From Nanobdellota archaeon (GTDB taxonomy: Archaea; Nanobdellota; Nanobdellia; Pacearchaeales; GW2011-AR1), in NCBI GenBank assembly GCA_038045945.1, contig JBBSXC010000001.1, positions 1 to 64,000 on the forward strand: a DNA stretch of 64,000 bases. Direction: 5' to 3'. The number at the start of each line of letters is the position of its first letter. Within the stretch, counting starts at the first letter, position 1. The notes under the pieces are model-generated. The model was given only the letters and a program-made list of their open reading frames with translations, had not been told where the DNA came from and did not search any database. Made by a program: the position numbers and the translations under genes. This document shows, in pieces, positions 19,542 through 28,659 of this stretch.

Positions 19542-19766
19542 ATGTCAAACAAATATTTTGAGGTTCGTGATCGTGATGGAGAATTAGTTTTAAGGACTCA
19601 TCTTGAGGATAAAGCTTATGATTTAGTTCATTGTAGTGATCCTGTTAGAGGACCTTATAAGGCAATGAATTTTGTTGATCAAACCAGGAATGATGGAATA
19701 ACTCCTAGTGAAATGGAATTTGATCATTTTCTCAATAATAGAACTCTTGATGAAATTTTTTCTTAA
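19542..19766 (+). CDS. Small hypothetical protein (paralogue B)
   Basis: 74 aa ORF resembling the previous ORF. Confidence 0.6.
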   Translation: MSNKYFEVRDRDGELVLRTHLEDKAYDLVHCSDPVRGPYKAMNFVDQTRNDGITPSEMEFDHFLNNRTLDEIFS

Positions 19767-19832
19767 CGGTATTTTAATCGTAATTATTAAATAGGTCGTT
19801 AACTTCTTAGTTATCATGAGGGAGGTATTAAG

Positions 19833-20006
19833 ATGCAAAGTCCTTGGTATGCTTGGCTTACATTAATTCTTGGAGTGTTACTTATTTTGCCAGTTCTTGG
19901 TGTAACAACCTTTGGTAGTTTAACATCGGGAATTATTTCTTGGCTTATTCCGATAATAGTGATTATTATTGGTGTAGTAGGATTAATGAAAGTTTACGGT
20001 AAGTAA
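19833..20006 (+). CDS. Small two-TM membrane protein (57 aa, not in ORF track)
   Basis: Strong SD ggaggt 7 nt upstream; MQSPWYAWLTLILGVLLILPVLG...IIVIIIGVVGLMKVYGK; T-rich terminator-like run follows. Confidence 0.7.
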   Translation: MQSPWYAWLTLILGVLLILPVLGVTTFGSLTSGIISWLIPIIVIIIGVVGLMKVYGK

Positions 20007-20137
20007 TAACTTAACGTTCTTTATTTTTTTATCATTTTTTTATAAAAATACTTAAAAATCTTTTATATTTTTTGCTCTTTAGATTCTGAATACTGTAGAA
20101 TCTCAAAGCTTATATATCTTGGTTGTTTTATCGTCTT

Positions 20138-20707
20138 ATGATAGGTGATTCAAACATGAATTTTTCTGTAAATTCTAAGGAGGCTATTAATCATGAGTTG
20201 TCTAAGCTTTCTGATTTTTCCAGGATTTATTATTTGGAAAGGTTGTCTAAGGAAAAGGGCGATATTGTTGTTAAGAAGTATTGTTATAACAAGTTAGCTC
20301 AAATGTATTTGTCTAAAGGTATGCATTCTAAGTCTGCTGATAATATGGAATCTATTGCTAGATTGGCTCTTTCACATGAAGAAAAAATTAAGGTTATGAT
20401 GGATGAGGTTAAGATTCTTATTGATGGCGCGGATTATGCTCGTGCTGAGGCTGTTTTTGACAAAGTTGTTTCTTTAGCTCCTTTAGTTAAGAAGATTGAT
20501 TTGCGTAAACAACTAATTTTTATTTATAAGGCTCGAGCTCAAGCTTTGGAGAAAGCTATGAAAAATGGTGCTGCAATGCTGGCTTATGAGAGAATTTTTA
20601 AGATTGGTGACGAGATTGATAGGAGAGAAACTCGTGAGAAGTTGTTATTCCTTTACCTTAAACTTGGTAAAACAGCAGACTATAATCGACTAAAGGGATT
20701 AGTTTAA
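20138..20707 (+). CDS. TPR-like helical repeat protein
   Basis: Helical repeats (KLAQMYLSKGMHSKSAD, ADYARAEAVFDK, LYLKLGK). Confidence 0.65.
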   Translation: MIGDSNMNFSVNSKEAINHELSKLSDFSRIYYLERLSKEKGDIVVKKYCYNKLAQMYLSKGMHSKSADNMESIARLALSHEEKIKVMMDEVKILIDGADYARAEAVFDKVVSLAPLVKKIDLRKQLIFIYKARAQALEKAMKNGAAMLAYERIFKIGDEIDRRETREKLLFLYLKLGKTADYNRLKGLV

Positions 20708-20731
20708 AAAGACTAAAATTTTCATTTTTTT

Positions 20732-21190
20732 ATGATAGATATTCGCGATCAACCTGTGCCTGGAGATTATTCTTGTTCTAGCATAGCTGATTTTCTTCGT
20801 GGAAGAAGAGAGGTTGAGCCTCATAACCACTTCCTTTTTTCTAAATTACAATACTTTCCCAGAGTTGGTGACGAATCACAGTTTTATCCTATAACCCTTA
20901 GGGATGATACTGGGGAAATAGACGCAAGGGTATGTTATCATGAGAAGGGTGCTGAGGGAGAAAACCTTGTTGAGAGACTTAGAGGCATTAGTGGCGGTCA
21001 GGATATAATGTTGCCCGTTGTTAGGGATAATCTTTGTTTAGATCACGGTGAAGATGTGAATCAAGCGGCTTTTTATCTTGTTTTATTCACTCTTCATCGA
21101 CCTCCAAGAACAAAAGGTGAAAGGAAAGGGTTTAGAGAAATGTTAAAAGAGTTGGTTAGTAGAAGGGTTATGGCTCCTCGACTCATATAA
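20732..21190 (+). CDS. Hypothetical protein (possible OB-fold)
   Basis: ITLRDDTGEIDARV resembles the OB-fold DxTG motif. Confidence 0.55.
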   Translation: MIDIRDQPVPGDYSCSSIADFLRGRREVEPHNHFLFSKLQYFPRVGDESQFYPITLRDDTGEIDARVCYHEKGAEGENLVERLRGISGGQDIMLPVVRDNLCLDHGEDVNQAAFYLVLFTLHRPPRTKGERKGFREMLKELVSRRVMAPRLI

Positions 21191-21238
21191 TTTTTTCTTA
21201 ACCAAACATTTATAAAGATTCATTCTTTGTATTCTTTA

Positions 21239-21403
21239 TAAGAAGATAGTGGTTATAGGTATTATTCATTAATCACAGACAATTTCACTACATCACGCTC
21301 ATTTTTGTTTTAGAGCAAAGGTTAAAAGCCTGTAAGATAAGTGCGAGTTCGAGGTTAATAGCCCTTAAAAAGGCTGAAAATAAGGTCTAAGTCCTATTCT
21401 TCT
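21239..21403 (+). ncRNA. Candidate structured RNA or long 5' leader of dnaG
   Basis: TATA at about 21209-21216. The 5' agaagatag can pair with 3' ctattcttct, enclosing hairpins gctc..gagc, aggt..gcct and agcc..ggct. Confidence 0.35.
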
Positions 21404-21417
21404 TTGGAAAAATAATA

Positions 21418-22713
21418 ATGGCAAAGATAAGTCCAGTATCAATAAAGTATAATATTACGGCAAACTTCACAGCAGAAGGCAGACTTGAAAAGCCAGATGT
21501 TATCGGAGCTATCTTCGGTCAAACGGAAGGCCTTTTGGGTAGTGCGCTAGAGATGCGAGAGTTGCAAAAGGAAGGTAAGATTGGTAGGATCGATGTTGAT
21601 TTGAAGTATGAGGATTCTAAAACTATTGGTAAAATAGTTATTCCATCAGCTCTTGATAAGGCTGAAACTACCATTATAGGTGCTGCTATTGAGACTATTG
21701 AGAGAATAGGTCCATCTGATGCTAAGATTGAGATAGAAAAAATTGATGATGTTAGGGGAAATAAGAGAGAATACATTCTTGAGAGAGCTAAGAAGCTGCT
21801 TGAACAATTCCAGGGTAATGTTCCAGAATCACGAGATATGTCTGATAGTATTAAGGAGTCTGTTAAGGTTGCTAAAATGACTGAGTATGGTGAGGAAAAA
21901 TTACCAGCTGGTGACGTCAGCGGGACTGAACTAATAATTGTTGAGGGAAGAGCTGATGTTGTTAATTTGGTTAAGAATAATGTTTTAAATGTTATAGGTA
22001 TGAACGGTACTAAGCTACCAGCAGAGGTAATAACTCTAAGTAAGGAGAAAGAGGTTATTTTGTTTGTTGATGGTGACCGTGGAGGACAACTAATTATTAA
22101 GAACGTTGTTGATAATGCTAATGTTGATTTTATTTGTGTTGCTCCAGATGGTAAAGAAGTTGAGGAATTAACAGGTAAGGAAATACTTCAAGCTTTAAGA
22201 AAGAAGATACCAATGGAAGAGTACATGAAGGATATGGAAAGAAATGAGTCTAGACCTCGAAGAAGTTACAGAAGAAATGATGATGATCGTGACGGCGATG
22301 GAAGATCATATGGTAGAAGCAGGAGTAGTCCTTATTCTAGAGATAGGGATAGTTATTATGATGATAGATACTCTAGTTCCAGGGATAATTCTAACGACGC
22401 CCCAAGTGCTCCCCCAATTGAGAAGAGAGATCTTAATGAGTCTGAGATGAAGAAGATTAAGGATTTAGCAGTTCAGATTGATGGTCAAAGAACAGCTTAC
22501 TTTTTGAGTGATAAGTTAGGAATTATTGCTGATTCTCCAACAACTTATGTTTCTGGTAAGCTTTCAAGGATGAGAGAACCTGTTTTTGCTATGGTTGTTG
22601 ACGGACTTGTTAGTCCTAGCATGATTAGTGCTGCTGAAAGAAAGGGAATTCATCACATAGCAGCAAAGAACTTTGCAGCAACAGACACAAAAATCAATTT
22701 GGTAAGCGTTTAG
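21418..22713 (+). CDS. dnaG: Archaeal DnaG-like protein (TOPRIM)
   Basis: EKPDVIGAIFGQTEGLLG, IIVEGRADV, FVDGDRGG and APDGKEVEEL. Confidence 0.95.
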   Translation: MAKISPVSIKYNITANFTAEGRLEKPDVIGAIFGQTEGLLGSALEMRELQKEGKIGRIDVDLKYEDSKTIGKIVIPSALDKAETTIIGAAIETIERIGPSDAKIEIEKIDDVRGNKREYILERAKKLLEQFQGNVPESRDMSDSIKESVKVAKMTEYGEEKLPAGDVSGTELIIVEGRADVVNLVKNNVLNVIGMNGTKLPAEVITLSKEKEVILFVDGDRGGQLIIKNVVDNANVDFICVAPDGKEVEELTGKEILQALRKKIPMEEYMKDMERNESRPRRSYRRNDDDRDGDGRSYGRSRSSPYSRDRDSYYDDRYSSSRDNSNDAPSAPPIEKRDLNESEMKKIKDLAVQIDGQRTAYFLSDKLGIIADSPTTYVSGKLSRMREPVFAMVVDGLVSPSMISAAERKGIHHIAAKNFAATDTKINLVSV

Positions 22714-22758
22714 TTCTATTATAATAATATTTAAGTAGTAATTATTTATCTGACCATT

Positions 22759-23097
22759 ATGAAAATTAGTAATTATTTTGGCGTTGCAGCATTAGGGTTA
22801 ATAGCTTCAATGCTTGCTTATTCAGTTTCTAATACAGAAATCCATAGGTCTCATAAAGCTAGTATGTTTTCTAAAATTGAAAAAGTTGCTGATACTGACT
22901 CTAATGGCAGCCTTAGCGTTGATGAAATATCAGCTGTTTATCAAACAATAGGCTTAAACCCCAGCAGGGAGATGAGAAGTAGAGGACTAGTAGGTTTAAG
23001 AGAAGGTGAGATGAGAGATTATTTTAAAGCGAAAGAAAAGTATGATTCCCAAACAGATGATTTACGAAGCTTTTGGTTGCCTGAAAGAGATAATTAG
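22759..23097 (+). CDS. Secreted or membrane-anchored EF-hand protein
   Basis: Signal/TM segment followed by DTDSNGSLSVDE, a canonical EF-hand loop. Confidence 0.65.
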   Translation: MKISNYFGVAALGLIASMLAYSVSNTEIHRSHKASMFSKIEKVADTDSNGSLSVDEISAVYQTIGLNPSREMRSRGLVGLREGEMRDYFKAKEKYDSQTDDLRSFWLPERDN

Positions 23098-23144
23098 ATC
23101 GTTTAATCATTACTTATTTAAACTCTTTTTTCTTGTTTTTATTC

Positions 23145-23606
23145 ATGCTTAGTGTTACTCAAAGGAGGTTTTGGTCAATAGTGGCTTTTTTCGTTATGAC
23201 AGTAATAGTATTAGGATTAATATTTTTGAAAGGAACTTATACAAAGATTTGTGATGATGATGAGTGTTTTAGTAATTCTTTAGCCTCATGTACAAGCACA
23301 GAGTACACAAAAGTATCCACAGACGCAACATGGTATTATCACGTGCAGGGTTTAGAGGGTGATAAGTGTAATGTTTATGTTAAATTATCGCAGTTAAGAA
23401 AGGGAAGTATAGAGATAGTTAAGCTAGAAGGCAAGGACATGAATTGTTATTTACCTTACACTGTAGTAGAGTCACCGCAGAAGAATTTGGAACTGTGTCA
23501 TGGTTTACTAAAAGAGGAAATACAGGCTTTGTTAATACAAAAAATGCACTCTTATTTGCTAGAAAACTTGGGTAAAATAAACCAAGAGTTCACATCAGTG
23601 ATATAA
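23145..23606 (+). CDS. Membrane-anchored Cys-containing hypothetical protein
   Basis: TM helix; CDDDECF...C; CHGLLKEEIQ. Confidence 0.7.
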   Translation: MLSVTQRRFWSIVAFFVMTVIVLGLIFLKGTYTKICDDDECFSNSLASCTSTEYTKVSTDATWYYHVQGLEGDKCNVYVKLSQLRKGSIEIVKLEGKDMNCYLPYTVVESPQKNLELCHGLLKEEIQALLIQKMHSYLLENLGKINQEFTSVI

Positions 23607-23796
23607 GCATACACCTAAAAGTTTGTCCCATACAAGTAACAATAAAAAAACCTGTTTTGTCGACGATAAAATGCTAAAGCTTTGTTGAAAAATTATCATC
23701 ACCACCACTTGATAGTTACAAATAAGTCGTCATTATAATAAGGTTTATAAAGCGTTTGCCGCTTCTTGGTTTAACTAAATTTATTTACCCAAAAAG

Positions 23797-25035
23797 ATGA
23801 ACAATTCAAAACCAATTTTGGTCTATTTGATTGCAGCGATCGTTTTGGTAGCAGTTGTGGGCTTTGCAACAGCAGGCACTGGTTCTCTTGGCGTTTCAAT
23901 TTTGAACGTTGAGTTAAACGGTGTCGATGTTTCTGGCGTTTTAAACGGCGGAAGCATGAATGTTGTAGGCTTCAACGAAGGAACTATCCCTATAGAAGTT
24001 TCTTTTACTGCACAAGAAGACGCATCTGACGTTCGAGTTAAGGCTTGGATTGGCGGACACCGTTCGAGTTTGGAATCTTCAAGTTCCAGATTCAACATGG
24101 TTAATGGTAGTACTTACCATCAGGAGTTTGACTTAAAACTTCCTTCTGATGTTAAGGATTCTGAAAGCTACACCCTATATATTAGGTTGGAGTCTAAGAC
24201 TGGTTACCATGAAGAAAGTTTCAGCATCAAGGTTCAACGTGAGTCTTACGACCTACGTATCCTTTCTGTTGAATTCGATAATTCCGTTAATGCTGGCGAC
24301 ACTCTTGCTGTTGATGTCGTTCTTAAGAACAGAGGATATGAAAGATTAGATGACACTTATGTCACTGTTTCTATCCCTGAACTTGGTGTTAGTAAGAGAT
24401 CGTACTTTGGGGACTTAACTCCGTCTGATGAGAAAGATGAGACTGACAAAGAAGATGCCGTTTTAGGCAGAATGTATGTCAATATCCCATCTGATGCTAA
24501 GGCTGGAGTTTATAGTGTAGAAGTTTCTGCACACAATTCCGACTCCGATGCTAGAGTTTCTCAAACTTTAGCTGTTGGCGGTTCTGTTGGCAGTACTAGA
24601 GTCATTGCGCCTGTTATGAGTAAGGTAGTTGCTAAGGGTTCTGAAGTCTCTTATGACTTAATCCTTGTTAACTCCGGCTCAAAGATCGGTGTTTATGAGA
24701 TCTCTGCTGAAACTTCTGATGGTCTTAATGTTAGGGTTGATGAACCAGTAGTTACTGTTTCGTCTGGCTCTTCCAAGACTGTTAGGGTTACAGTTATGCC
24801 TACATCTAGTGGTTCTAAGAGTTTTGCCGTTAATGTTTACAAAGATGGCACACTTATAGAGCGCGTTCCTTTTGTTGCTGATGTCTCTGGTTCTTCTAGC
24901 TGGAATGGTAATAACGCAGTTGTTTTAACTGTTGTACTTGCGATTGTTTTCGTAGTACTTCTTGTTATACTGATTGTTTTACTTACTAAGAAGCCTGCTA
25001 AGGAATCTGAAGAATTCGGCGAAAGCTACTACTAA
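23797..25035 (+). CDS. Putative S-layer or cell-surface protein (Ig/CARDB-like repeats, C-terminal TM anchor)
   Basis: Signal peptide; beta-rich domains (VDVVLKNRG, LILVNSGS); C-terminal TM plus KKPAKESEEFGESYY; many TAC/TTC/AAC codons as in highly expressed genes. Confidence 0.7.
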   Translation: MNNSKPILVYLIAAIVLVAVVGFATAGTGSLGVSILNVELNGVDVSGVLNGGSMNVVGFNEGTIPIEVSFTAQEDASDVRVKAWIGGHRSSLESSSSRFNMVNGSTYHQEFDLKLPSDVKDSESYTLYIRLESKTGYHEESFSIKVQRESYDLRILSVEFDNSVNAGDTLAVDVVLKNRGYERLDDTYVTVSIPELGVSKRSYFGDLTPSDEKDETDKEDAVLGRMYVNIPSDAKAGVYSVEVSAHNSDSDARVSQTLAVGGSVGSTRVIAPVMSKVVAKGSEVSYDLILVNSGSKIGVYEISAETSDGLNVRVDEPVVTVSSGSSKTVRVTVMPTSSGSKSFAVNVYKDGTLIERVPFVADVSGSSSWNGNNAVVLTVVLAIVFVVLLVILIVLLTKKPAKESEEFGESYY

Positions 25036-25071
25036 TTAGATTAACAATTTTTTATTTTTTATTATTTAATA

Positions 25072-25140
25072 TTTCGCTTGCAAGGAGAAAGGCACATAAA
25101 GTGCTTGAAGTTGATTAGGATCTGAAAGGATTAACAGCTA
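25072..25140 (+). other. Cluster of three predicted hairpins downstream of the surface protein gene
   Basis: tttc..gcaa..gaaa, ggcac-ataaa-gtgct, and agttg..atct-GAAA-ggat..cagct. Confidence 0.35.
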
Positions 25141-25149
25141 TTCTTTTTA

Positions 25150-28020
25150 TTATACTTTTAGGCTTAGTACTTTGCTTACTCCGTCTTGCATGCTTATTCC
25201 GTAAAGCGTTGTGCTTTCTGTTATTAGTGCGTCGTTGTGTGTTACTATTATGTATTGTCCGCTTTTCATGTGTTTTTTTACCAGTTGTGCTAGTTTTTCG
25301 CTGTTTCTTTTGTCAAGGGCTGCGTCTACTTCGTCGAATATGTAGAATGAGTAAGGTTTGTATTCTTGAATGGCAAATATTAGTGATAGAGCAACTAAAG
25401 TCTTCTCTCCACCGCTAAGGCTTGATACGTCAAAGTATTTTCCTCTAGCTATCCTTATTATTATGTTTACTCCTGCAGCGAAAGGGTCTTCAGTGTTTTC
25501 TAGTTCTAAGTATGCTTCTCCTTTGCTTGATAGTTGTAAGAAGTTGTTTGTGAATATTGTGTTCATTGCTTCGAATGTTTTCATGAATGTTCTTTTCTTT
25601 TTTTTGTCAATTTCTGTTATGATGCTCATTATTTCTTCTTTTTCTTTAACTAGTGTTTCTGCTTTTTTTGCTACTTCTTCGTATTGTTGTCTTACTCCTT
25701 CGTATACTTCTAAGGCTCTCATGTTTACTCCTCCCATGGCTGTTGCGTTTAGTTCTTCTGACGTTTTTGTTAGTCTTTCTGACAGTTCGTTTAATGATGC
25801 TTTTATTATTTCTACTCCTTCATATTCTTTTAGTTCTATAGTGTAGCTTTCTTCTTCTGCGTCTACTTTTGCTTTATCGATTTTTAGGTTGTTCATTACC
25901 ATTTCGTACTTTTCCATTTCGTGTCTTACAAGTAAAGATTCTTTTGTTTCTTTTTGTATTTCTATTTGTAAACTGTCTCTTTTTTCGAATAATTTTTTGA
26001 ATTTTTCTGAAAGTTCTTTCTCTTTTTTGTCATGCGATTCTAATTCTGACTCTTTAACAACCATTAGTTTTTTTACTTCTTCTGATTCGTTGGCTAATTG
26101 TTCATCATCTTTTATTGCTTGTTTTACTCCAGTGCGCATTTTTTCTAGTTCGTTTTGTTTATACTTTATTTCTAGATCAATATTATCATCAGTCCTACTC
26201 GAGATATCCTCTATTTGTCTCAGGAGCATTTCGTATAAGTCTTCCGCACTATCATAATTTTTGAAGTCTACTTCAAAATATTTTAGTTTTTTGTTTAAGT
26301 CTTCTAGTTCTCTTAGTAATTCTTTTTCTTGATTGTAGAATCGTTTTATTCTTTCTTTCTTTTCATTAATATTTTCTAGTTTTACTGATTCTATTTTTGA
26401 GTTGTCTAATTGTTCTTTTAGTGCGTGAATTGTTTGTCTTAAGTTTACTGCTTCTGATTTCTTTTTTTCCACTATTTCTGTCCACTCAACTATGTTTTTT
26501 TCTGCTGTTGTTATTTTTACGTCGCATTCGTCATATACTTCTTTTAGGTGTGTTTCTGTGATTTTTGTTTTACATAAGGGGCATATGTCTAGTTTGCTTA
26601 CTTGTTCTTTTATTTTTTTGTTTGCTGCTATTTCGCTTTCTTTTACTGATAATCCTTTTTCTTTTTCGAACTTAGAGTTTTCTGTTTCGAATAAGTCTTT
26701 TTGTTTTTGTTCTATCTCTTTTTGTAATGTTGATATTTTTTCTTTGCATATTTCTATGTCTTTGCTTACCAAATTTACTGATAATTTCTCTATTTCTCGC
26801 AATGAGAATTCTGTTTCGTTTTTTGCTCTTTGTATTTGGTTGTTTTTGTCTTTAACTCTTTCTTTTAGTGAGTCTATTTCGTTTTTTATGCTGTAAAACT
26901 TTTTTCTTTTTGTTTCTATTTCTGCTAGTTCTGCTTTTTTCTTTTCTAACTCTTTTATTTTTTCTGCTACCATTGGCGACTTCTTTTTTAGTAGTCCTAT
27001 TTCTGCTTCTGCTACTTTTAGTTGTTCATCAAATCTTGTTTTTCTTCTTCTTACTTCGTCAAGTCTCATTTCGTTGTTGTCTCTTTTTACTGTTAATCCG
27101 GCTATTTCTGCTCTTAAGTTGGATATTTTGTTGTGTAAGTCCTCCATTTCTACTCCGCTAGATTTTTGTGTGTATTGGTTTATGCTTGTTACTTCTTCTT
27201 CTTTCTTTCTTATCTCCTCTTGTACTTCCGTGATTTTTTCTTTTAGTTTTTCTTTTTGTTTCTGGTTTTTTTCTATTTCTTCTACTATCCTTTTTTTGTC
27301 TTTTTCTTTTGTTTCTATGTTTTTGCTTATTATGCTTGCTTTGTACTTTTTTTGGTTTTCTTCTAGTTTTTTGTATTTTAGCGCTTGTTGTCTTTCGTCT
27401 TCTAGGTTTCTTAGGTATGCTGTTCTTTCTCGCAGTATTGCGTTTATTTCTTTTAGTTTTTCTTCTGTTTTTTCCATTTCTCGCAAGGATCTTTCTTTTC
27501 TGCTTTCGTATACGCTTATTCCAGCTACTTCTTCTACTACTTTTCTTCTTTCTTCTGCGTTCATTCTTATTATGTCTGCTATTTCTCCTTGTAGTACTAT
27601 GTTGTATCCGTGTGGGTCTATTCCTGCTTGTGCTAATAGTTCTAGTACTTCTCCTCTTGTTTTTGTTTCGCTGTTTATTCTGTATATTCCTTGCCCGTTT
27701 CTTCTCACTATTCTTTGTATTTCTACAGTTTTTGCTTCTGTTGTGAAGTGTTTGTCTTCATTGTTGAATACTATTTTTACGCTTGCTTCCCCTGCTGGTT
27801 TGTGTATTTTTGTTCCTGAGAATATTAGGTTTGAGCTTTTTGCTGCTCTCATGCTTTTTACTGATAATCTTCCTAGTACGAAGCATATTGCATCTGTTAT
27901 GTTGCTTTTTCCTGATCCGTTTGGTCCTACTACTATGTTCATACCGTTTTCTAATGGTAGTATTGTTTCGCTTGCGAAACTTTTGAATCCTTTCATCACC
28001 AATTTTTCTATGTAAGGCAT
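25150..28020 (-). CDS. smc: SMC-family ATPase with condensin-type head and central CxxC zinc hook
   Basis: MKGFKSF, GPNGSGKSNITDA, KSMRA, VLQG Q-loop, LSGGEKT and FYIFDEVDAALD; CPLC at residues 480-483 of 956. Confidence 0.9.
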   Translation of the reverse strand: MPYIEKLVMKGFKSFASETILPLENGMNIVVGPNGSGKSNITDAICFVLGRLSVKSMRAAKSSNLIFSGTKIHKPAGEASVKIVFNNEDKHFTTEAKTVEIQRIVRRNGQGIYRINSETKTRGEVLELLAQAGIDPHGYNIVLQGEIADIIRMNAEERRKVVEEVAGISVYESRKERSLREMEKTEEKLKEINAILRERTAYLRNLEDERQQALKYKKLEENQKKYKASIISKNIETKEKDKKRIVEEIEKNQKQKEKLKEKITEVQEEIRKKEEEVTSINQYTQKSSGVEMEDLHNKISNLRAEIAGLTVKRDNNEMRLDEVRRRKTRFDEQLKVAEAEIGLLKKKSPMVAEKIKELEKKKAELAEIETKRKKFYSIKNEIDSLKERVKDKNNQIQRAKNETEFSLREIEKLSVNLVSKDIEICKEKISTLQKEIEQKQKDLFETENSKFEKEKGLSVKESEIAANKKIKEQVSKLDICPLCKTKITETHLKEVYDECDVKITTAEKNIVEWTEIVEKKKSEAVNLRQTIHALKEQLDNSKIESVKLENINEKKERIKRFYNQEKELLRELEDLNKKLKYFEVDFKNYDSAEDLYEMLLRQIEDISSRTDDNIDLEIKYKQNELEKMRTGVKQAIKDDEQLANESEEVKKLMVVKESELESHDKKEKELSEKFKKLFEKRDSLQIEIQKETKESLLVRHEMEKYEMVMNNLKIDKAKVDAEEESYTIELKEYEGVEIIKASLNELSERLTKTSEELNATAMGGVNMRALEVYEGVRQQYEEVAKKAETLVKEKEEIMSIITEIDKKKKRTFMKTFEAMNTIFTNNFLQLSSKGEAYLELENTEDPFAAGVNIIIRIARGKYFDVSSLSGGEKTLVALSLIFAIQEYKPYSFYIFDEVDAALDKRNSEKLAQLVKKHMKSGQYIIVTHNDALITESTTLYGISMQDGVSKVLSLKV

Positions 28021-28140
28021 TAAATATTACCTTAAATAAGATATATAAAACTTTCAACTACTAAGAATCTATAACTATAATATTAACTCTTCAATGACAA
28101 CAAGAGCAAGGTTTATAAATAAAGGCTGTTTCTTACTTTT

Positions 28141-28659
28141 ATGAGACTGAACAATACATTAGCTTCTTTACTAGTTGCTGGCAGTTTAGTTGGTTGTGGC
28201 GATAATTCTCCTAAAACTCCTAACTTAGATAATGCTCAAATGCCTTCTTCTAAACCTGTTGATTATTTAACAATTAAGGGCAAACCCTTGAGTATAAGAG
28301 CAGACTTTGAAATGAATGGCCCAAATGGTTTCTATGGATATTTAGGTATAGCTATAAGAGAACACGAAGGGGATAATATTCCCAGCACTTTAACTGAATT
28401 AAAATTAGGAAAGTTAAGAATAAATACTGGAACACCAACTGAAAGATCTATTTATAGAGATAATCTTAACAAGATTGTAACTTTAGTTCAGGCAGAAATT
28501 GATGATGGAGATAATGAGACTATTGAAATAGAAACAAATTCTACTCCACTTGATAGAGCCTTTGCTCAAAGAGGTCACAACTTTTTCAGAGTTTATGAAA
28601 TTAGAAAAATTAAGGTTAACAGTATTGACTTTGATCTTACTGGAGGAATCAAACAATGA
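28141..28659 (+). CDS. Putative lipoprotein
   Basis: Lipobox LVGC after a hydrophobic signal segment. Confidence 0.65.
   Translation: MRLNNTLASLLVAGSLVGCGDNSPKTPNLDNAQMPSSKPVDYLTIKGKPLSIRADFEMNGPNGFYGYLGIAIREHEGDNIPSTLTELKLGKLRINTGTPTERSIYRDNLNKIVTLVQAEIDDGDNETIEIETNSTPLDRAFAQRGHNFFRVYEIRKIKVNSIDFDLTGGIKQ

Noticed and set aside
21307-21394. Resemblance to the Cas9 repeat/tracrRNA scaffold (gttttagagc...gttaaaa...aaaataaggtctaagtcc)
   Set aside because: Single short AT-rich match with no repeat-antirepeat pairing, no array and no cas or IscB gene in the window. Treated as coincidence; the region is reported only as a candidate structured RNA.
25150-28020. Annotation as Rad50/SbcC because of the CxxC hook
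   Set aside because: The head motifs (GFKSF, KSMRA, DEVDAALD rather than DEPT) are Smc-type and no mre11/sbcD is adjacent.
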